64,000 bases of DNA from Eledone cirrhosa (Eukaryota): contig OZ024740.1 in NCBI GenBank assembly GCA_964016885.1, forward strand, positions 34,472,001-34,536,000, in the 5' to 3' direction. The notes under the pieces are model-generated. The model was given only the letters and a program-made list of their open reading frames with translations. It was not told the DNA's origin and did no database searches. The stretch's first letter is position 1, and every line of letters begins with the position of its first letter. The position numbers and the translations under genes are program-made. Shown piece by piece: positions 14,301 through 28,200 of the stretch.

Positions 14301-15118
14301 CAGTTAGATATAAGGTGTAGTGGTTCAACAGACGACAGTTAAATGTAAGGTGTTGTGTTTTAACAGGCGACAGTTAGATGTAACGTGTTGTGGTTTAATA
14401 GAGGGCAGTTAGATGTAAGGTGCAGTGGTTTAAAAGGCGACAGTTAGATGCAAGGTGTAGTGGTTTAACCGGCGACAGTTAGATGTAAGGTGTAGTGGTT
14501 TAACAGTCAACAGTTAGATGTAAGGTGTTGTGGTTTAACAGAGGACAGTTAGATGTAAGGTGTTGTGGTTTAACAGACAACAGTTAGATGTAAGGTGTTG
14601 TGGTTTAACAGGCGACAGTTAGATGTAAGTTGTAGTGGTTTAACAGGCGACAGTTAGATGTAAGGTGTTGTAGTTTAACAGACGACAGTTAGATGTAAGG
14701 TGTTGTGGTTTAACAGACGACGATTAGATGTAAGGTGTAGTGGTTTAACCGGCGACAGTTAGATGTAAGGTGTTGTGGTTTAACAGACGACAGTTAGATG
14801 TAAGGTGTAGTGGTTTAACCGGCGACAGTTAGATGTAAGGTGTTGTGGTTTAACAGGCGACAGTTAGATGTAAGGTGTTGTGGTTTAACAGGCGACCGTT
14901 AGGTGTAAAGTGTAGTGGTTTAACAGACGACAGTTAGATGTAAGGTGTTGTGGTTTAACAGGCGACAGTTAGATGTAAGGTGTTGTGGTTTCACAGACGA
15001 CAGTTAGATGTAAGGTGTAGTGGTTTAACAGGCGACAGTTAGATGTAAGGTGTTGTGGTTTAACAGGCGACAGTTAGATGTAAAGTGTAGTGGTTTAACA
15101 GGCGACAGTTAGATGTAA
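5330..15118. repeat. Near-perfect ~4.86-kb tandem duplication within the satellite
   Basis: Printed lines 5341-9660 match lines 10201-14520 at offset 4860, including rare variants such as TAGTAGTTTATCAGGCGAAG, GATAGTTTTATG and TTCAAGCAGGCGTCAG. The second copy has two extra monomers near 14540-14610. Boundaries approximate. Confidence 0.93.
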
Positions 15119-18100
15119 GATGTAGTGGTTTAATAGGCGACAGTTAGATGTAAGGTGTTGTGGTTTAACAGGAGACAGTTACATGTAAGGTGTAGTGGTT
15201 TATCAGGCGAAGTTAGATGTAAGGTGTTGTGGTTCAACAGACGAGAGTTAAATGTAAGTTATTGTGGTTCAACAGACGAGAGTTAAATGTAAGGTGTTGT
15301 GGTTTAACAGGCGACAGTTAGATGTAAGGTGTAGTGGTTCAACAAACGACAGTTAAATGTAAGGTGTTGTGGTTTAACAGGTGATAGTTAGATGTAAGTT
15401 GTAGTGGTTTAATAGATGGCAGTTAGATGTAAGGTGCAGTGGTTTAATAGGCGACAGTTAGATGTAAGGTGCTGCAGTTTAACAGGCGACAGTTAGATGT
15501 AAGGTGTTGTGGTTTAACAGACGACAGTTAGATGTAAGGTGTAGTGGTTTAACCGGCGACAGTTAGATGTAAGGTGTTGTGGTTTAACAGGCGACAGTTA
15601 GATGTAAGGTGTAGTGGTTTAACAGGCGACAGTTAGATGTAAGGTGTAGTGGTTTAACAGACGACAGTTAGATATAAGGTGTAGTGGTTTAACAGGCGAC
15701 AGTTAGATGTAAGGTGTAGTGGTTTAACAGGCGACAGTTAGATGTAAGGTGTTGTGGTTTAACAGGCGACAGTTAGATGTAAGGTGTAGTGGTTTAACAG
15801 GCGACCGTTAGATGTAAGTTGTAGTGGTTTAACAGGCAACAGTTAGATGTAAGGTGTTGTGGTTTAACAGGCAACAGTTAGATGTAATGTGTTGTGGTTT
15901 AACAGGCGACCGTTAGATGTAAGTTGTAGTGGTTTAACAGGCAACAGTTAGATGTAAGGTGTTGTGGTTTAACAGGCGACAGTTAGATGTAATGTGTTGT
16001 GGTTTAACAGGCAACAGTTAGATGTAAGGTGTAGTGGTTCAACAGACGACAGTTAAATGTAAGGTGTTGTGTTTTAACAGGCGACAGTCAGATGTAAGGT
16101 GTTGTGGTTCAACAGGCGACAGTTAGATGTAAGGTGTTGTGGTTTAACAGGTGATAGTTAGATGTAAGGTGTAGTGGTTTAATAGACGGCAGTTAGATGT
16201 AAGGTGCAGTGGTTTAACAGGCGACAGTTAGATGTAAGGTGTTGCGGTTTAACAGGCGACAGTTAGATGTAAGGTGTAGTGGTTTATCAGGCGACAGTTA
16301 GATGTAAGGTGTAGTGATTTAATAGGCGACAGTTAGATGTAAGGAGTTGCAGTTTAACAGGCGACAGTTAGATGTAAGGTGTAGTGGTTTAATAGGCGAC
16401 AGTTAGATGTAAGGTGTTGTGGTTAAACAGACGACAGTTATATGTAAGGTGTAGTGGTTTAACCGGCGACAGTTAGATGTAAGGGGTAGTGGTTTAACAG
16501 GCGACAGTTAGATGTAAGTTGTAGTGGTTTAACAGGCGACAGTTAGAAGTAAGGTGTTGTAGTTTAACAGACGACAGTTAGATGTAAGGTGTTGTGGTTT
16601 AACAGACGACAGTCAGATGTAAGGCGTAGTGGTTTAACAGACGACAGTTACATGTAAGGTGTAGTGGTTTAACAGGTGACAGTTAGATGTAAGGTGTTGT
16701 GGTTTAACAGGCAACAGTTAGATGTAATGTGCTGTGGATTAACAGGCGACAGTTAGATGTAATGTGTTGTGGTTTAACAGACGACAGTTATATGTAAGGT
16801 GTAGTGGTTCAACAGACGACAGGTAAATGTAAGGTGTTGTGTCTTAACAGGCGACAGTCAGATGTAAGGTGTTGTGGTTCAACAGGCGACAGTTAGATGT
16901 AAGGTGTTGTGGTTTAACAGGTGACAGTTAGATGTAAGGTGCTGTGGTTTAACAGACGACAGTTAGATGTAAGGTGTTGTGGTGTAACAGGCGACAGTTA
17001 GATGTAAGGTGTAGTGGTTCAACAGACGACAGTTAAATGTAAGGTGTTGTGGTTTAACAGACAACAGTTAGATGTAAGGTGTTGTGGTTTAACAGACAAC
17101 AGTTAGATGTAAGGTGTTGTGGTTTAACAGGCAACAGTTAGATGTAAGTTGTAGTGGTTTAACAGGCGACAGTTAGATGTAAGGTGTTGTAGTTTAACAG
17201 ACGACAGTTAGATGTAAGGTGTTGTGGTTTAACAGACGACAGTTAGATGTAAGGTGTAGTGGTTTAACCGGCGACAGTTTGATGTAAGGTGTTGTGGTTT
17301 AACAGGCGACAGTTAGATGTAAGGTGTAGTGGTTTAACAGATGACAGTTAGATGTAAGGTGTTGTGGTTTAACAGGCAACAGTTAGATGTAATGTGCTGT
17401 GGTTTAACAGGCGACAGTTAGATGTAATGTGTTGTGTTTTAACAGGCAACAGTTAGATGTAAGGTGTAGTGGTTCAACAGACGACAGTTAAATGTAAGGT
17501 GTTGTGTTTTAACAGGCGACAGTCAGATGTAAGGTGTTGTGGTTCAACAGGCGACAGTTAGATGTAAGGTGTTGTGGTTTAACAGACGACAGTTAGATGT
17601 AAGGTGTAGTGGTTTAACAGGCGACAGTTAGATGTAAGGTGTTGTGGTTTAACAGGCGACAGTTAGATGTAAGGTGTAGTGGTTTAACAGGCGACAGTTA
17701 GAGGTAAGGTGTAGTGGTTTATCAGGCGAAGTTAGATGTAAGGTATAGTGGTTTAATAGGCGACAGTTAGATGTAAGGAGTTGCGGTTTAACAGGCGCCA
17801 GTTAGATGTAAAGTGTAGTGGTTTAACAGGCGACAGTTAGATGTAAGATGTAGTGGTTTAATAGGCGACAGTTAGATGTAAGGCGTTGTGGTTTAACAGG
17901 CGACAGTTAGATGTAAGGTGTTGTGGTTTAACAGGTGACAGTTAGATGTAAGGTGTTGTGGTTTAACAGGGGACAGTTAGATGTAAGGTTTTGTGGTTCA
18001 ACAGACGAGAGTTAAATGTAAGGTGTTGTGGTTTAACAGGCGACAGTTAGATGTAAGGTGTTGTGGTTTAACAAACGACAGTTAAATGTAAGGTGTTGTG

Positions 18101-18219
18101 GTTTAACAGGTGATAGTTAGATGTAAGTTGTAGTGGTTCAACAAACGACAGTTAAATGTAAGGTGTTGTGGTTTAACAGGTGATAGTTAGATGTAAGTTG
18201 TAGTGGTTTAATAGACGGC

Positions 18220-21200
18220 AGTTAGATGTAAGGTGCAGTGGTTTAATAGGCGACAGTTAGATGTAAGGTGCTGCAGGTTAACAGGCGACAGTTAGATGTA
18301 AGGTTTTGTGGTTTAACAGACGACAGTTAGATGTAAGGTGTAGTGGTTTAACCGGCGACAGTTAGATGTAAGGTGTTGTGGTTTAACAGGCGACAGTTAG
18401 ATGTAAGGTGTAGTGGTTTAACCGGCGACAGTTAGATGTAAGGTGCAGTGGATTAACAGGCGACAGTTAGATGTAAGGTGTAGTGGTTTAACAGGCGACA
18501 GTTAGATGTAAGGTGTAGTGGTTTAACAGGGGACAGTTAGATGTAAGGTGTAGTGGTTTAACAGGCGACAGTTAGATGTAAGGTGTTGTGGTTTAACAGG
18601 CGACAGTTAGATGTAATGTGCTGTGGTTTAACAGGCGACAGTTAGATGTAATGTGTTGTGGTTTAACAGGCAACAGTTAGATGTAAGGTGTAGTGGTTCA
18701 ACAGACGACAGTTAAATGTAAGGTGTTGTGTTTTAACAGGCGACAGTCAGATGTAAGGTGTTGTGGTTCAACAGGCGACAGTTAGATGTAAGGTGTTGTG
18801 GTTTAACAGGTGAGAGTTAGATATAAGGTGTAGTGGTTCAACAGACGACAGTAAAAATGTAAGCTGTTGTGTTTTAACAGGCGACAGTCAGATGTAAGGT
18901 GTTGTGGTTTAACAGACGACAGTTAGATGTAAGGTGTAGTGGTTTAACAGAGAACAGTTAGATGTAAGGTGTTGTGGTTTAACAGGCGACAGTTAGATGT
19001 AAGGTGTAGTGGTTTAACAGACGACAGTTAGATGTAAAGTGTAGTGGTTTAACAGGCGACAGTTAGATGTAAGGTGTTGTGGTTTAACAGACGACAGTTA
19101 GATGTAAGGTGTTGTGGTTTAACAGACGACAGTTAGATGTAAGGTGTAGTGGTTTAACCGGCGACAGTTAGATGTAAGGTGTTGTGGTTTAACCGGCGAC
19201 AGTTAGATGTATGGTGTAGTGGTCTAACAGGCGACAGTTAGAAGTAAGGTGTTGTGGTTTAACAGGCGACAGTTAGATATTAATTGTTGTGGTTTAACAG
19301 ACGACAGTTAGATGTAACGTGTTGTGTTTTAACAGGCGACAGTTAGATGTAAGGTGTAGTGGTTTAACAGGCGACAGTTAGATGTAAGTTGTAGTGGTTT
19401 AAAAGGCAACAGTTAGATGTAAGGTGTTGTGGTTCAACAGGCGACAGTTAGATGTAAGGTGTTGTGGTTTAACAGGTGAGAGTTAGATGTAAGGTGTAGA
19501 GGTTAAACAGACGACAGTTAGATGTAAGGTGTTGTGGTGTAACAGGCGACAGTTATATGTAAGGTGTGGTGGTTCAACAGACGACAGTTAAATGTAAGGT
19601 GTTGTGTTTTAACAGGTGATAGTTAGATGTAAGGTGTAGTTCTTTAATAGACGGCAGTTAAATGTAAGGTGCAGGGGTTTATCAGGCGACAGTTAGATGT
19701 AAGGTGTAGTGGTTTAACAGGCGACAGTTAGACGTAAGGTGTAGTGGTTTATCAGGCGACAGTTAGATGTAAGGTGTAGTGGTTTAACAGGTGACAGTTA
19801 GATGTAAGGTGTTGTGGTTTAACAGGCGACATTGAGATGTAAGGTGTTGTGATTTAACAGGCGACAGTTAGATGTAAGGTGTTGTGGTTCAACAGGCGAC
19901 AGTTAGATGTAAGGTGTAGTGGTTTAACAGACGACAGTTAGATGTAAGGTGTTGTGGTTTAACAGAGGACAGTTAGATGTAAGGTGTTGTGGTTTAACAG
20001 AGGACAGTTAGATGTAAGGTGTTGTGGTTTAACAGAAGACAGTTAGATGTAAGGTGTTGTGGTTTAACAGACGACAGTTAGATGTAAGGTTTTGTGGTTT
20101 AACAGAGGACAGTTAGATGTAAGGTGTTGTGGTTTAACAGAGGACAGTTAGATGTAAGGTGTTGTGGTTTAACAGACGACAGTTAGATGTAAGGTGTAGT
20201 GGTTTAACAGACGACAGTTAGATGTAAGGTGTTGTGGTTTAACAGAGGACAGTTAGATGTAAGGTGTTGTGGTTTAACAGACGACAGTTAGATGTAAGGT
20301 GTTGTGGTTTAACAGAGGACAGTTAGATGTAAGGTGTTGTGGTTTAACCGGCTACAGTTAGATGTAAGGTGTAGTGGTTTAACAGGCGACAGTTAGATGT
20401 AACGTGTAGTGGTTTAACAGACGACAGTTAGATGTAAGGTGTAGTGGTTTAACAGGCGACAGTTAGATGTAAGGTGTAGTGGTTTAACAGGCGACAGTTA
20501 GATGTAAGGTGTTGTGGTTTAACAGGCGACAGTTTGATGTAAGGTGTAGTGGTTTAACAGGCGACCGTTAGTTGTAAGTTGTAGTGGTTTAACAGGCAAC
20601 AGTTAGATGTAAGGTGTAGTGGTTTAACCGGCGACAGTTAGATGTAAGGTGTTGTGGTTTAACAGAGGACAGTTAGATGTAAGGTGCTGTGGTTTAACAG
20701 ACGACAGTTAGATGTAAGGTGTTGTGGTTTAACAGGCGACAGCTAGATATAAGGTGTAGTGGTTTAACCAGCGACAGTTAGATGTAAGTTGTAGTGGTTC
20801 AACAGACGACAGTTAGATGTAAGGTGTTGTGTTTTAACAGGCGACAGTCAGATGTAACGTGTTGTGGTTCAACAGGCGACAGTTAGATGTAAGGTGTTGT
20901 GGATTAACAGGTGAGAGTTAGATGTAAGGTGTAGAGGTTAAACAGACGACAGTTAGATGTAAGGCGTTGTGGTGTAACAGGCGACAGTTATATGTAAGGT
21001 GTGGTGGTTCAACAGACGACAGTTAAATGTAAGGTGTTGTGTTTTAACAGGCGACAGTCAGATGTAAGGTGTTGTGGTTTAACAGGTGATAGTTAGATGT
21101 AAGGTGTAGTTCTTTAATAGACGGCAGTTAGATGTAAGGTGCAGTGGTTTAATAGGCGACAGTTAGATGTAAGGTGTTGCGGTTTAACAGGCGAGAGTTA

Positions 21201-24200
21201 GATGTAAGGTGTAGTGGTTTAACAGGTGACAGTTAGATGTAAGGTGTAGTGGTTTAATAGGCGAAAGTTAGATGTAAAGTGTTGCAGTTTAACAGGCGAC
21301 AGTTAGATGTAAGGTGTAGTGGTTTAACAGAGGACAGTTAGATGTAAGGTGTTGTGGTTTAACAGACAACAGTTAGATGTAAGGTGTTGTGGTTTAACAG
21401 GGAACAGTTAGATGTAAGTTGTAGTGGTTTAACAGGCGACAGTTAGATGTAAGGTGTTGTAGTTTAACAGACGACAGTTAGATGTAAGGTGTAGTGGTTT
21501 AACAGACGACAGTTAGATGTATGGTGTAGTGGTTTAACCAGCGACAGTTAGATGTAAGGTGTTGTGGTTTAACAGGCGACAGTTAGATGTAAGGTGTAGT
21601 GGTTTAACAGACGACAGTTAGATGTAAGGTGTTGTGGTTTAACAGGCAACAGTTAGATGTAATGTGCTGTGGTTTAACAGGCGACAGTTAGATGTAATGT
21701 GTTGTGGTTTAACAGGCAACAGTTAGATGTAAGGTGTAGTGGTTCAACAGACGACAGTTAAATGTAAGGTGTTGTGTTTTAACAGGCGACAGTCAGATGT
21801 AAGGTGTTGTGGTTCAACAGGCGACAGTTAGATGTAAGGTGTTGTGGTTTAATAGAGGGCAGTTAGATGTAAGGTGCAGTGGTTTAATAGGCGACAGTTA
21901 GATGTAAGGTGCTGCAGGTTAACAGGCGACAGTTAGATGTAAGGTTTTGTGGTTTAACAGACGACAGTTAGATGTAAGGTGTAGTGGTTTAACCGGCGAC
22001 AGTTAGATGTAAGGTGTTGTGGTTTAACAGGCGACAGTTAGATGTAAGGTGTAGTGGTTTAACCGGCGACAGTTAGATGTAAGGTGCAGTGGATTAACAG
22101 GCGACAGTTAGATGTAAGGTGTAGTGGTTTAACAGACGACAGTTAGATGTAAGGTGTAGTGGTTTAACAGGGGACAGTTAGATGTAAGGTGTAGTGGTTT
22201 AACAGGCGACAGTTAGATGTAAGGTGTTGTGGTTTAACAGGCGACAGTTAGATGTAATGTGCTGTGGTTTAACAGGCGACAGTTAGATGTAATGTGTTGT
22301 GGTTTAACAGGCAACAGTTAGATGTAAGGTGTAGTGGTTCAACAGACGACAGTTAAATGTAAGGTGTTGTGTTTTAACAGGCGACAGTCAGATGTAAGGT
22401 GTTGTGGTTCAACAGGCGACAGTTAGATGTAAGGTGTTGTGGTTTAACAGGTGAGAGTTAGATATAAGGTGTAGTGGTTCAACAGACGACAGTAAAAATG
22501 TAAGGTGTTGTGTTTTAACAGGCGACAGTCAGATGTAAGGTGTTGTGGTTTAACAGACGACAGTTAGATGTAAGGTGTAGTGGTTTAACAGAGAACAGTT
22601 AGATGTAAGGTGTTGTGGTTTAACAGGCGACAGTTAGATGTAAGGTGTAGTGGTTTAACAGACGACAGTTAGATGTAAAGTGTAGTGGTTTAACAGGCGA
22701 CAGTTAGATGTAAGGTGTTGTGGTTTAACAGACGACAGTTAGATGTAAGGTGTTGTGGTTTAACAGACGACAGTTAGATGTAAGGTGTAGTGGTTTAACC
22801 TGCGACAGTTAGATGTAAGGTGTTGTGGTTTAACCGGCGACAGTTAGATGTATGGTGTAGTGGTCTAACAGGCGACAGTTAGAAGTAAGGTGTTGTGGTT
22901 TAACAGGCGACAGTTAGATATTAATTGTTGTGGTTTAACAGACGACAGTTAGATGTAACGTGTTGTGTTTTAACAGGCGACAGTTAGATGTAAGGTGTAG
23001 TGGTTTAACAGGCGACAGTTAGATGTAAGTTGTAGTGGTTTAAAAGGCAACAGTTAGATGTAAGGTGTTGTGGTTCAACAGGCGACAGTTAGATGTAAGG
23101 TGTTGTGGTTTAACAGGTGAGAGTTAGATGTAAGGTGTAGAGGTTAAACAGACGACAGTTAGATGTAAGGTGTTGTGGTGTAACAGGCGACAGTTATATG
23201 TAAGGTGTGGTGGTTCAACAGACGACAGTTAAATGTAAGGTGTTGTGTTTTAACAGGTGATAGTTAGATGTAAGGTGTAGTTCTTTAATAGACGGCAGTT
23301 AGATGTAAGGTGCAGTGGTTTATCAGGCGACAGTTAGATGTAAGGTGTAGTGGTTTAACAGGCGACAGTTAGATGTAAGGTGTAGTGGTTTATCAGGCGA
23401 CAGTTAGATGTAAGGTGTAGTGGTTTAACAGGTGACAGTTAGATGTAAGGTGTTGTGGTTTAACAGGCGACATTGAGATGTAAGGTGTTGTGATTTAACA
23501 GGCGACAGTTAGATGTAAGGTGTTGTGGTTCAACAGGCGACAGTTAGATGTAAGGTGTAGTGGTTTAACAGACGACAGTTAGATGTAAGGTGTTGTGGTT
23601 TAACAGAGGACAGTTAGATGTAAGGTGTTGTGGTTTAACAGAGGACAGTTAGATGTAAGGTGTTGTGGTTTAACAGAAGACAGTTAGATGTAAGGTGTTG
23701 TGGTTTAACAGACGACAGTTAGATGTAAGGTGTTGTGGTTTAACAGAGGACAGTTAGATGTAAGGTGTTGTGGTTTAACAGAGGACAGTTAGATGTAAGG
23801 TGTTGTGGTTTAACAGACGACAGTTAGATGTAAGGTGTAGTGGTTTAACAGACGACAGTTAGATGTAAGGTGTTGTGGTTTAACAGAGGACAGTTAGATG
23901 TAAGGTGTTGTGGTTTAACAGACGACAGTTAGATGTAAGGTGTTGTGGTTTAACAGAGGACAGTTAGATGTAAGGTGTTGTGGTTTAACCGGCGACAGTT
24001 AGATGTAAGGTGTAGTGGTTTAACAGGCGACAGTTAGATGTAAGGTGTAGTGGTTTAACAGGCGACAGTTAGATGTAAGGTGTAGTGGTTTAACAGGCGA
24101 CAGCTAGATGTAAGGTGTTGTGGTTTAACAGGCGACAGTTTGATGTAAGGTGTAGTGGTTTAACAGGCGACCGTTAGTTGTAAGTTGTAGTGGTTTAACA

Positions 24201-25230
24201 GGCAACAGTTAGATGTAAGGTGTAGTGGTTTAACCGGCGACAGTTAGATGTAAGGTGTTGTGGTTTAACAGAGGACAGTTAGATGTAAGGTGTTGTGGTT
24301 TAACAGACGACAGTTAGATGTAAGGTGTTGTGGTTTAACAGGCGACAGTTAGATATAAGGTGTAGTGGTTTAACCAGCGACAGTTAGATGTAAGTTGTAG
24401 TGGTTTAAAAGGCAACAGTTAGATGTAAGGTGTAGTGGTTCAACAGACGACAGTTAGATGTAAGGTGTTGTGTTTTAACAGGCGACAGTCAGATGTAAGG
24501 TGTTGTGGTTCAACAGGCGACAGTTAGATGTAAGGTGTTGTGGATTAACAGGTGAGAGTTAGATGTAAGGTGTAGAGGTTAAACAGACGACAGTTAGATG
24601 TAAGGCGTTGTGGTGTAACAGGCGACAGTTATATGTAAGGTGTGGTGGTTCAACAGACGACAGTTAAATGTAAGGTGTTGTGTTTTAACAGGCGACAGTC
24701 AGATGTAAGGTGTTGTGGTTTAACAGGTGATAGTTAGATGTAAGGTGTAGTTCTTTAATAGACGGCAGTTAGATGTAAGGTGCAGTGGTTTAATAGGCGA
24801 CAGTTAGATGTAAGGTGTTGCGGTTTAACAGGCGAGAGTTAGATGTAAGGTGTAGTGGTTTAACAGGTGACAGTTAGATGTAAGGTGTAGTGGTTTAATA
24901 GGCGAAAGTTAGATGTAAAGTGTTGCAGTTTAACAGGCGACAGTTAGATGTAAGGTGTAGTGGTTTAACAGAGGACAGTTAGATGTAAGGTGTTGTGGTT
25001 TAACAGACAACAGTTAGATGTAAGGTGTTGTGGTTTAACAGGGAACAGTTAGATGTAAGTTGTAGTGGTTTAACAGGCGACAGTTAGATGTAAGGTGTTG
25101 TAGTTTAACAGACGACAGTTAGATGTAAGGTGTAGTGGTTTAACAGACGACAGTTAGATGTATGGTGTAGTGGTTTAACCAGCGACAGTTAGATGTAAGG
25201 TGTTGTGGTTTAACAGGCGACAGTTAGATG
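18220..25230. repeat. ~3.64-kb tandem duplication within the satellite
   Basis: Rare markers recur at offset 3641 (104 monomers + 1 nt): CTGCAGGTTA at 18271/21912, GTAAAAATG at 18851/22492, TAGTTCTTTAATAG at 19637/23278 and 21107/24748. Boundaries approximate. Confidence 0.88.
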
Positions 25231-28200
25231 TAAGGTGTTTCGGTTTAACAGACGACAGTTAGATGTAAGGTGTAGTGGTTTATCAGGCGACAGTTAGATG
25301 TAAGATGTTGTGGTTTAACAGACGACAGTTAGATGTAAGGTGTAGTGGTTTAACCGGCGACAGTTAGATGTAAGGTGTAGTGGTTTAACAGGCGACAGTT
25401 AGATGTAAGGTGTTGTGGTTTAACAGAGGACAGTTAGATGTAAGGTGTTGTGGTTTAACAGACAACAGTTAGATGTAAGGTGTTGTGGTTTAACAGGCGA
25501 CAGTTAGATGTAAGTTGTAGTGGTTTGACAGGCGACAGTTAGATGTAAGGTGTTGTAGTTTAACAGACGACAGTTAGATGTAAGGTGTAGTGGTTTAACA
25601 GACGACAGTTAGATGTAAGGTGTAGTGGTTTAACAGGCGACAGTTAGATGTAAGGTGTTGTGGTTTAACAGACGACAGTTAGATGTAAGGTGTAGTGGTT
25701 TAACAGGCGACAGTAAGATGTAAGGTGTAGTGGTTTAACAGGCGTCAGTTAGATGTAAGGTGTAGTGGTTTAATAGGCGACAGTTAGATGTAAGGTGCTG
25801 CAATTTAACAGGCGACAGTTAGATGGAAGGTGTTGTGGTTTAACAGGTGACAGTTAGATGTAAGGTGCAGTGGTTTACTAGGCGACAGTTAGATGTAAGG
25901 TGCTGCAGTTTAACAGGCGACAGTTAGATGTAAGGTGTTGTGGTTTAACAGACGACTGTTAGATGTAAGGTGTAGTGGTTTAACAAGCGACAGTTATATG
26001 TAAGGTGTAGTGGTTTAACAGACGACAGTTAGATGTAAGGTGTTGTGGTTTAACAGAGGACAGTTAGATGTAAGGTGTTGTGGTTTAACAGACGACAGTT
26101 AGATGTAAGCTGTTGTGGTTTAACAGAGGACAGTTAGATGTAAGGTGTTGTGGTTTAACCGGCGACAGTTAGATGTAAGGTGTAGTGGTTTAAAAGGCGA
26201 CAGTTAGATGTAACGTGTAGTGGTTTAACAGACGACAGTTAGATGTAAGGTGTTGTGGTTTAACAGGCGACCGTTAGTTGTAAGTTGTAGTGGTTTAACA
26301 GGCAACAGTTAGATGTAAGGTGTAGTGGTTTAACCGGCGACAGTTAGATGTAAGGTGTTGTGGTTTAACAGAGGACAGTTAGATGTAAGGTGTTGTGGTT
26401 TAACAGACGACAGTTAGATGTAAGGTGTTGTGGTTTAACAGGCGACAGTTAGATATAAGGTGTAGTGGTTTAACCAGCGACAGTTAGATGTAAGTTGTAG
26501 TGGTTTAAAAGGCAACAGTTAGATGTAAGGTGTAGTGGTTCAACAGACGACAGTTAGATGTAAGGTGTTGTGTTTTAACAGGCGACAGTCAGATGTAAGG
26601 TGTTGTGGTTCAACAGGCGACAGTTAGATGTAAGGTGTTGTGGATTAACAGGTGAGAGTTAGATGTAAGGTGTAGAGGTTAAACAGACGACAGTTAGATG
26701 TAAGGCGTTGTGGTGTAACAGGCGACAGTTATATGTAAGGTGTGGTGGTTCAACAGACGACAGTTAAATGTAAGGTGTTGTGTTTTAACAGGCGACAGTC
26801 AGATGTAAGGTGTTGTGGTTTAACAGGTGATAGTTAGATGTAAGGTGTAGTTCTTTAATAGACGGCAGTTAGATGTAAGGTGCAGTGGTTTAATAGGCGA
26901 CAGTTAGATGTAAGGTGTTGCGGTTTAACAGGCGAGAGTTAGATGTAAGGTGTAGTGGTTTAACAGGTGACAGTTAGATGTAAGGTGTTGTGGTTTAACA
27001 GGCGACAGTTTGATGTAAGGTGTAGTGGTTTAACAGGCGACCGTTAGTTGTAAGTTGTAGTGGTTTAACAGGCAACAGTTAGATCTAAGGTGTAGCGGTT
27101 TAACCGGCGACAGTTAGATGTAAGGTGTTGTGGTTTAACAGAGGACAGTTAGATGTAAGGTGTTGTGGTTTAACAGACGACAGTTAGATGTAAGGTGTTG
27201 TGGTTTAACAGGCGACAGTTAGATATAAGGTTTAGTGGTTTAACCAGCGACAGTTAGATGTAAGTTGTAGTGGTTTAAAAGGCAACAGTTAGATGTAAGG
27301 TGTAGTGGTTCAACAGACGACAGTTAGATGTAAGGTGTTGTGTTTTAACAGGCGACAGTCAGATGTAAGGTGTTGTGGTTCAACAGGCGACAGTTAGATG
27401 TAAGGTGTTGTGGATTAACAGGTGAGAGTTAGATGTAAGATGTAGAGGTTAAACAGACGACAGTTAGATGTAAGGCGTTGTGGTGTAACAGGCGACAGTT
27501 ATATGTAAGGTGTGGTGGTTCAACAGACGACAGTTAAATGTAAGGTGTTGTGTTTTAACAGGCGACAGTCAGATGTAAGGTGTTGTGGTTTAACAGGTGA
27601 TAGTTAGATGTAAGGTGTAGTTCTTTAATAGACGGCAGTTAGATGTAAGGTGCAGTGGTTTAATAGGCGACAGTTAGATGTAAGGTGTTGCGGTTTAACA
27701 GGCGAGAGTTAGATGTAAGGTGTAGTGGTTTAACAGGTGACAGTTAGATGTAAGGTGTAGTGGTTTAATAGGCGAAAGTCAGATGTAAAGTGTTGCAGTT
27801 TAACAGGCGACAGTTAGATGTAAGGTGTTGTGGTTTAACAGACAACAGTTAGATGTAAGGTGTTGTGGTTTAACAGGCGACCGTTAGTTGTAAGTTGTAG
27901 TGGTTTAACAGGCAACAGTTAGATGTAAGGTGTAGTGGTTTAACCGGCGACAGTTAGATGTAAGGTGTTGTGGTTTAACAGAGGACAGTTAGATGTAAGG
28001 TGTTGTGGTTTAACAGACGACAGTTAGATGTAAGGTGTTGTGGTTTAACCGGCGACAGTTAGATGTAAGGTGTTGTGGTTTAACAGAGGACAGTTAGATG
28101 TAAGGTGTTGTGGTTTAACAGACGACAGTTAGATGTAAGGTGTTGTGGTTTAACAGGCGACAGTTAGATATAAGGTGTAGTGGTTTAACCAGCGACAGTT

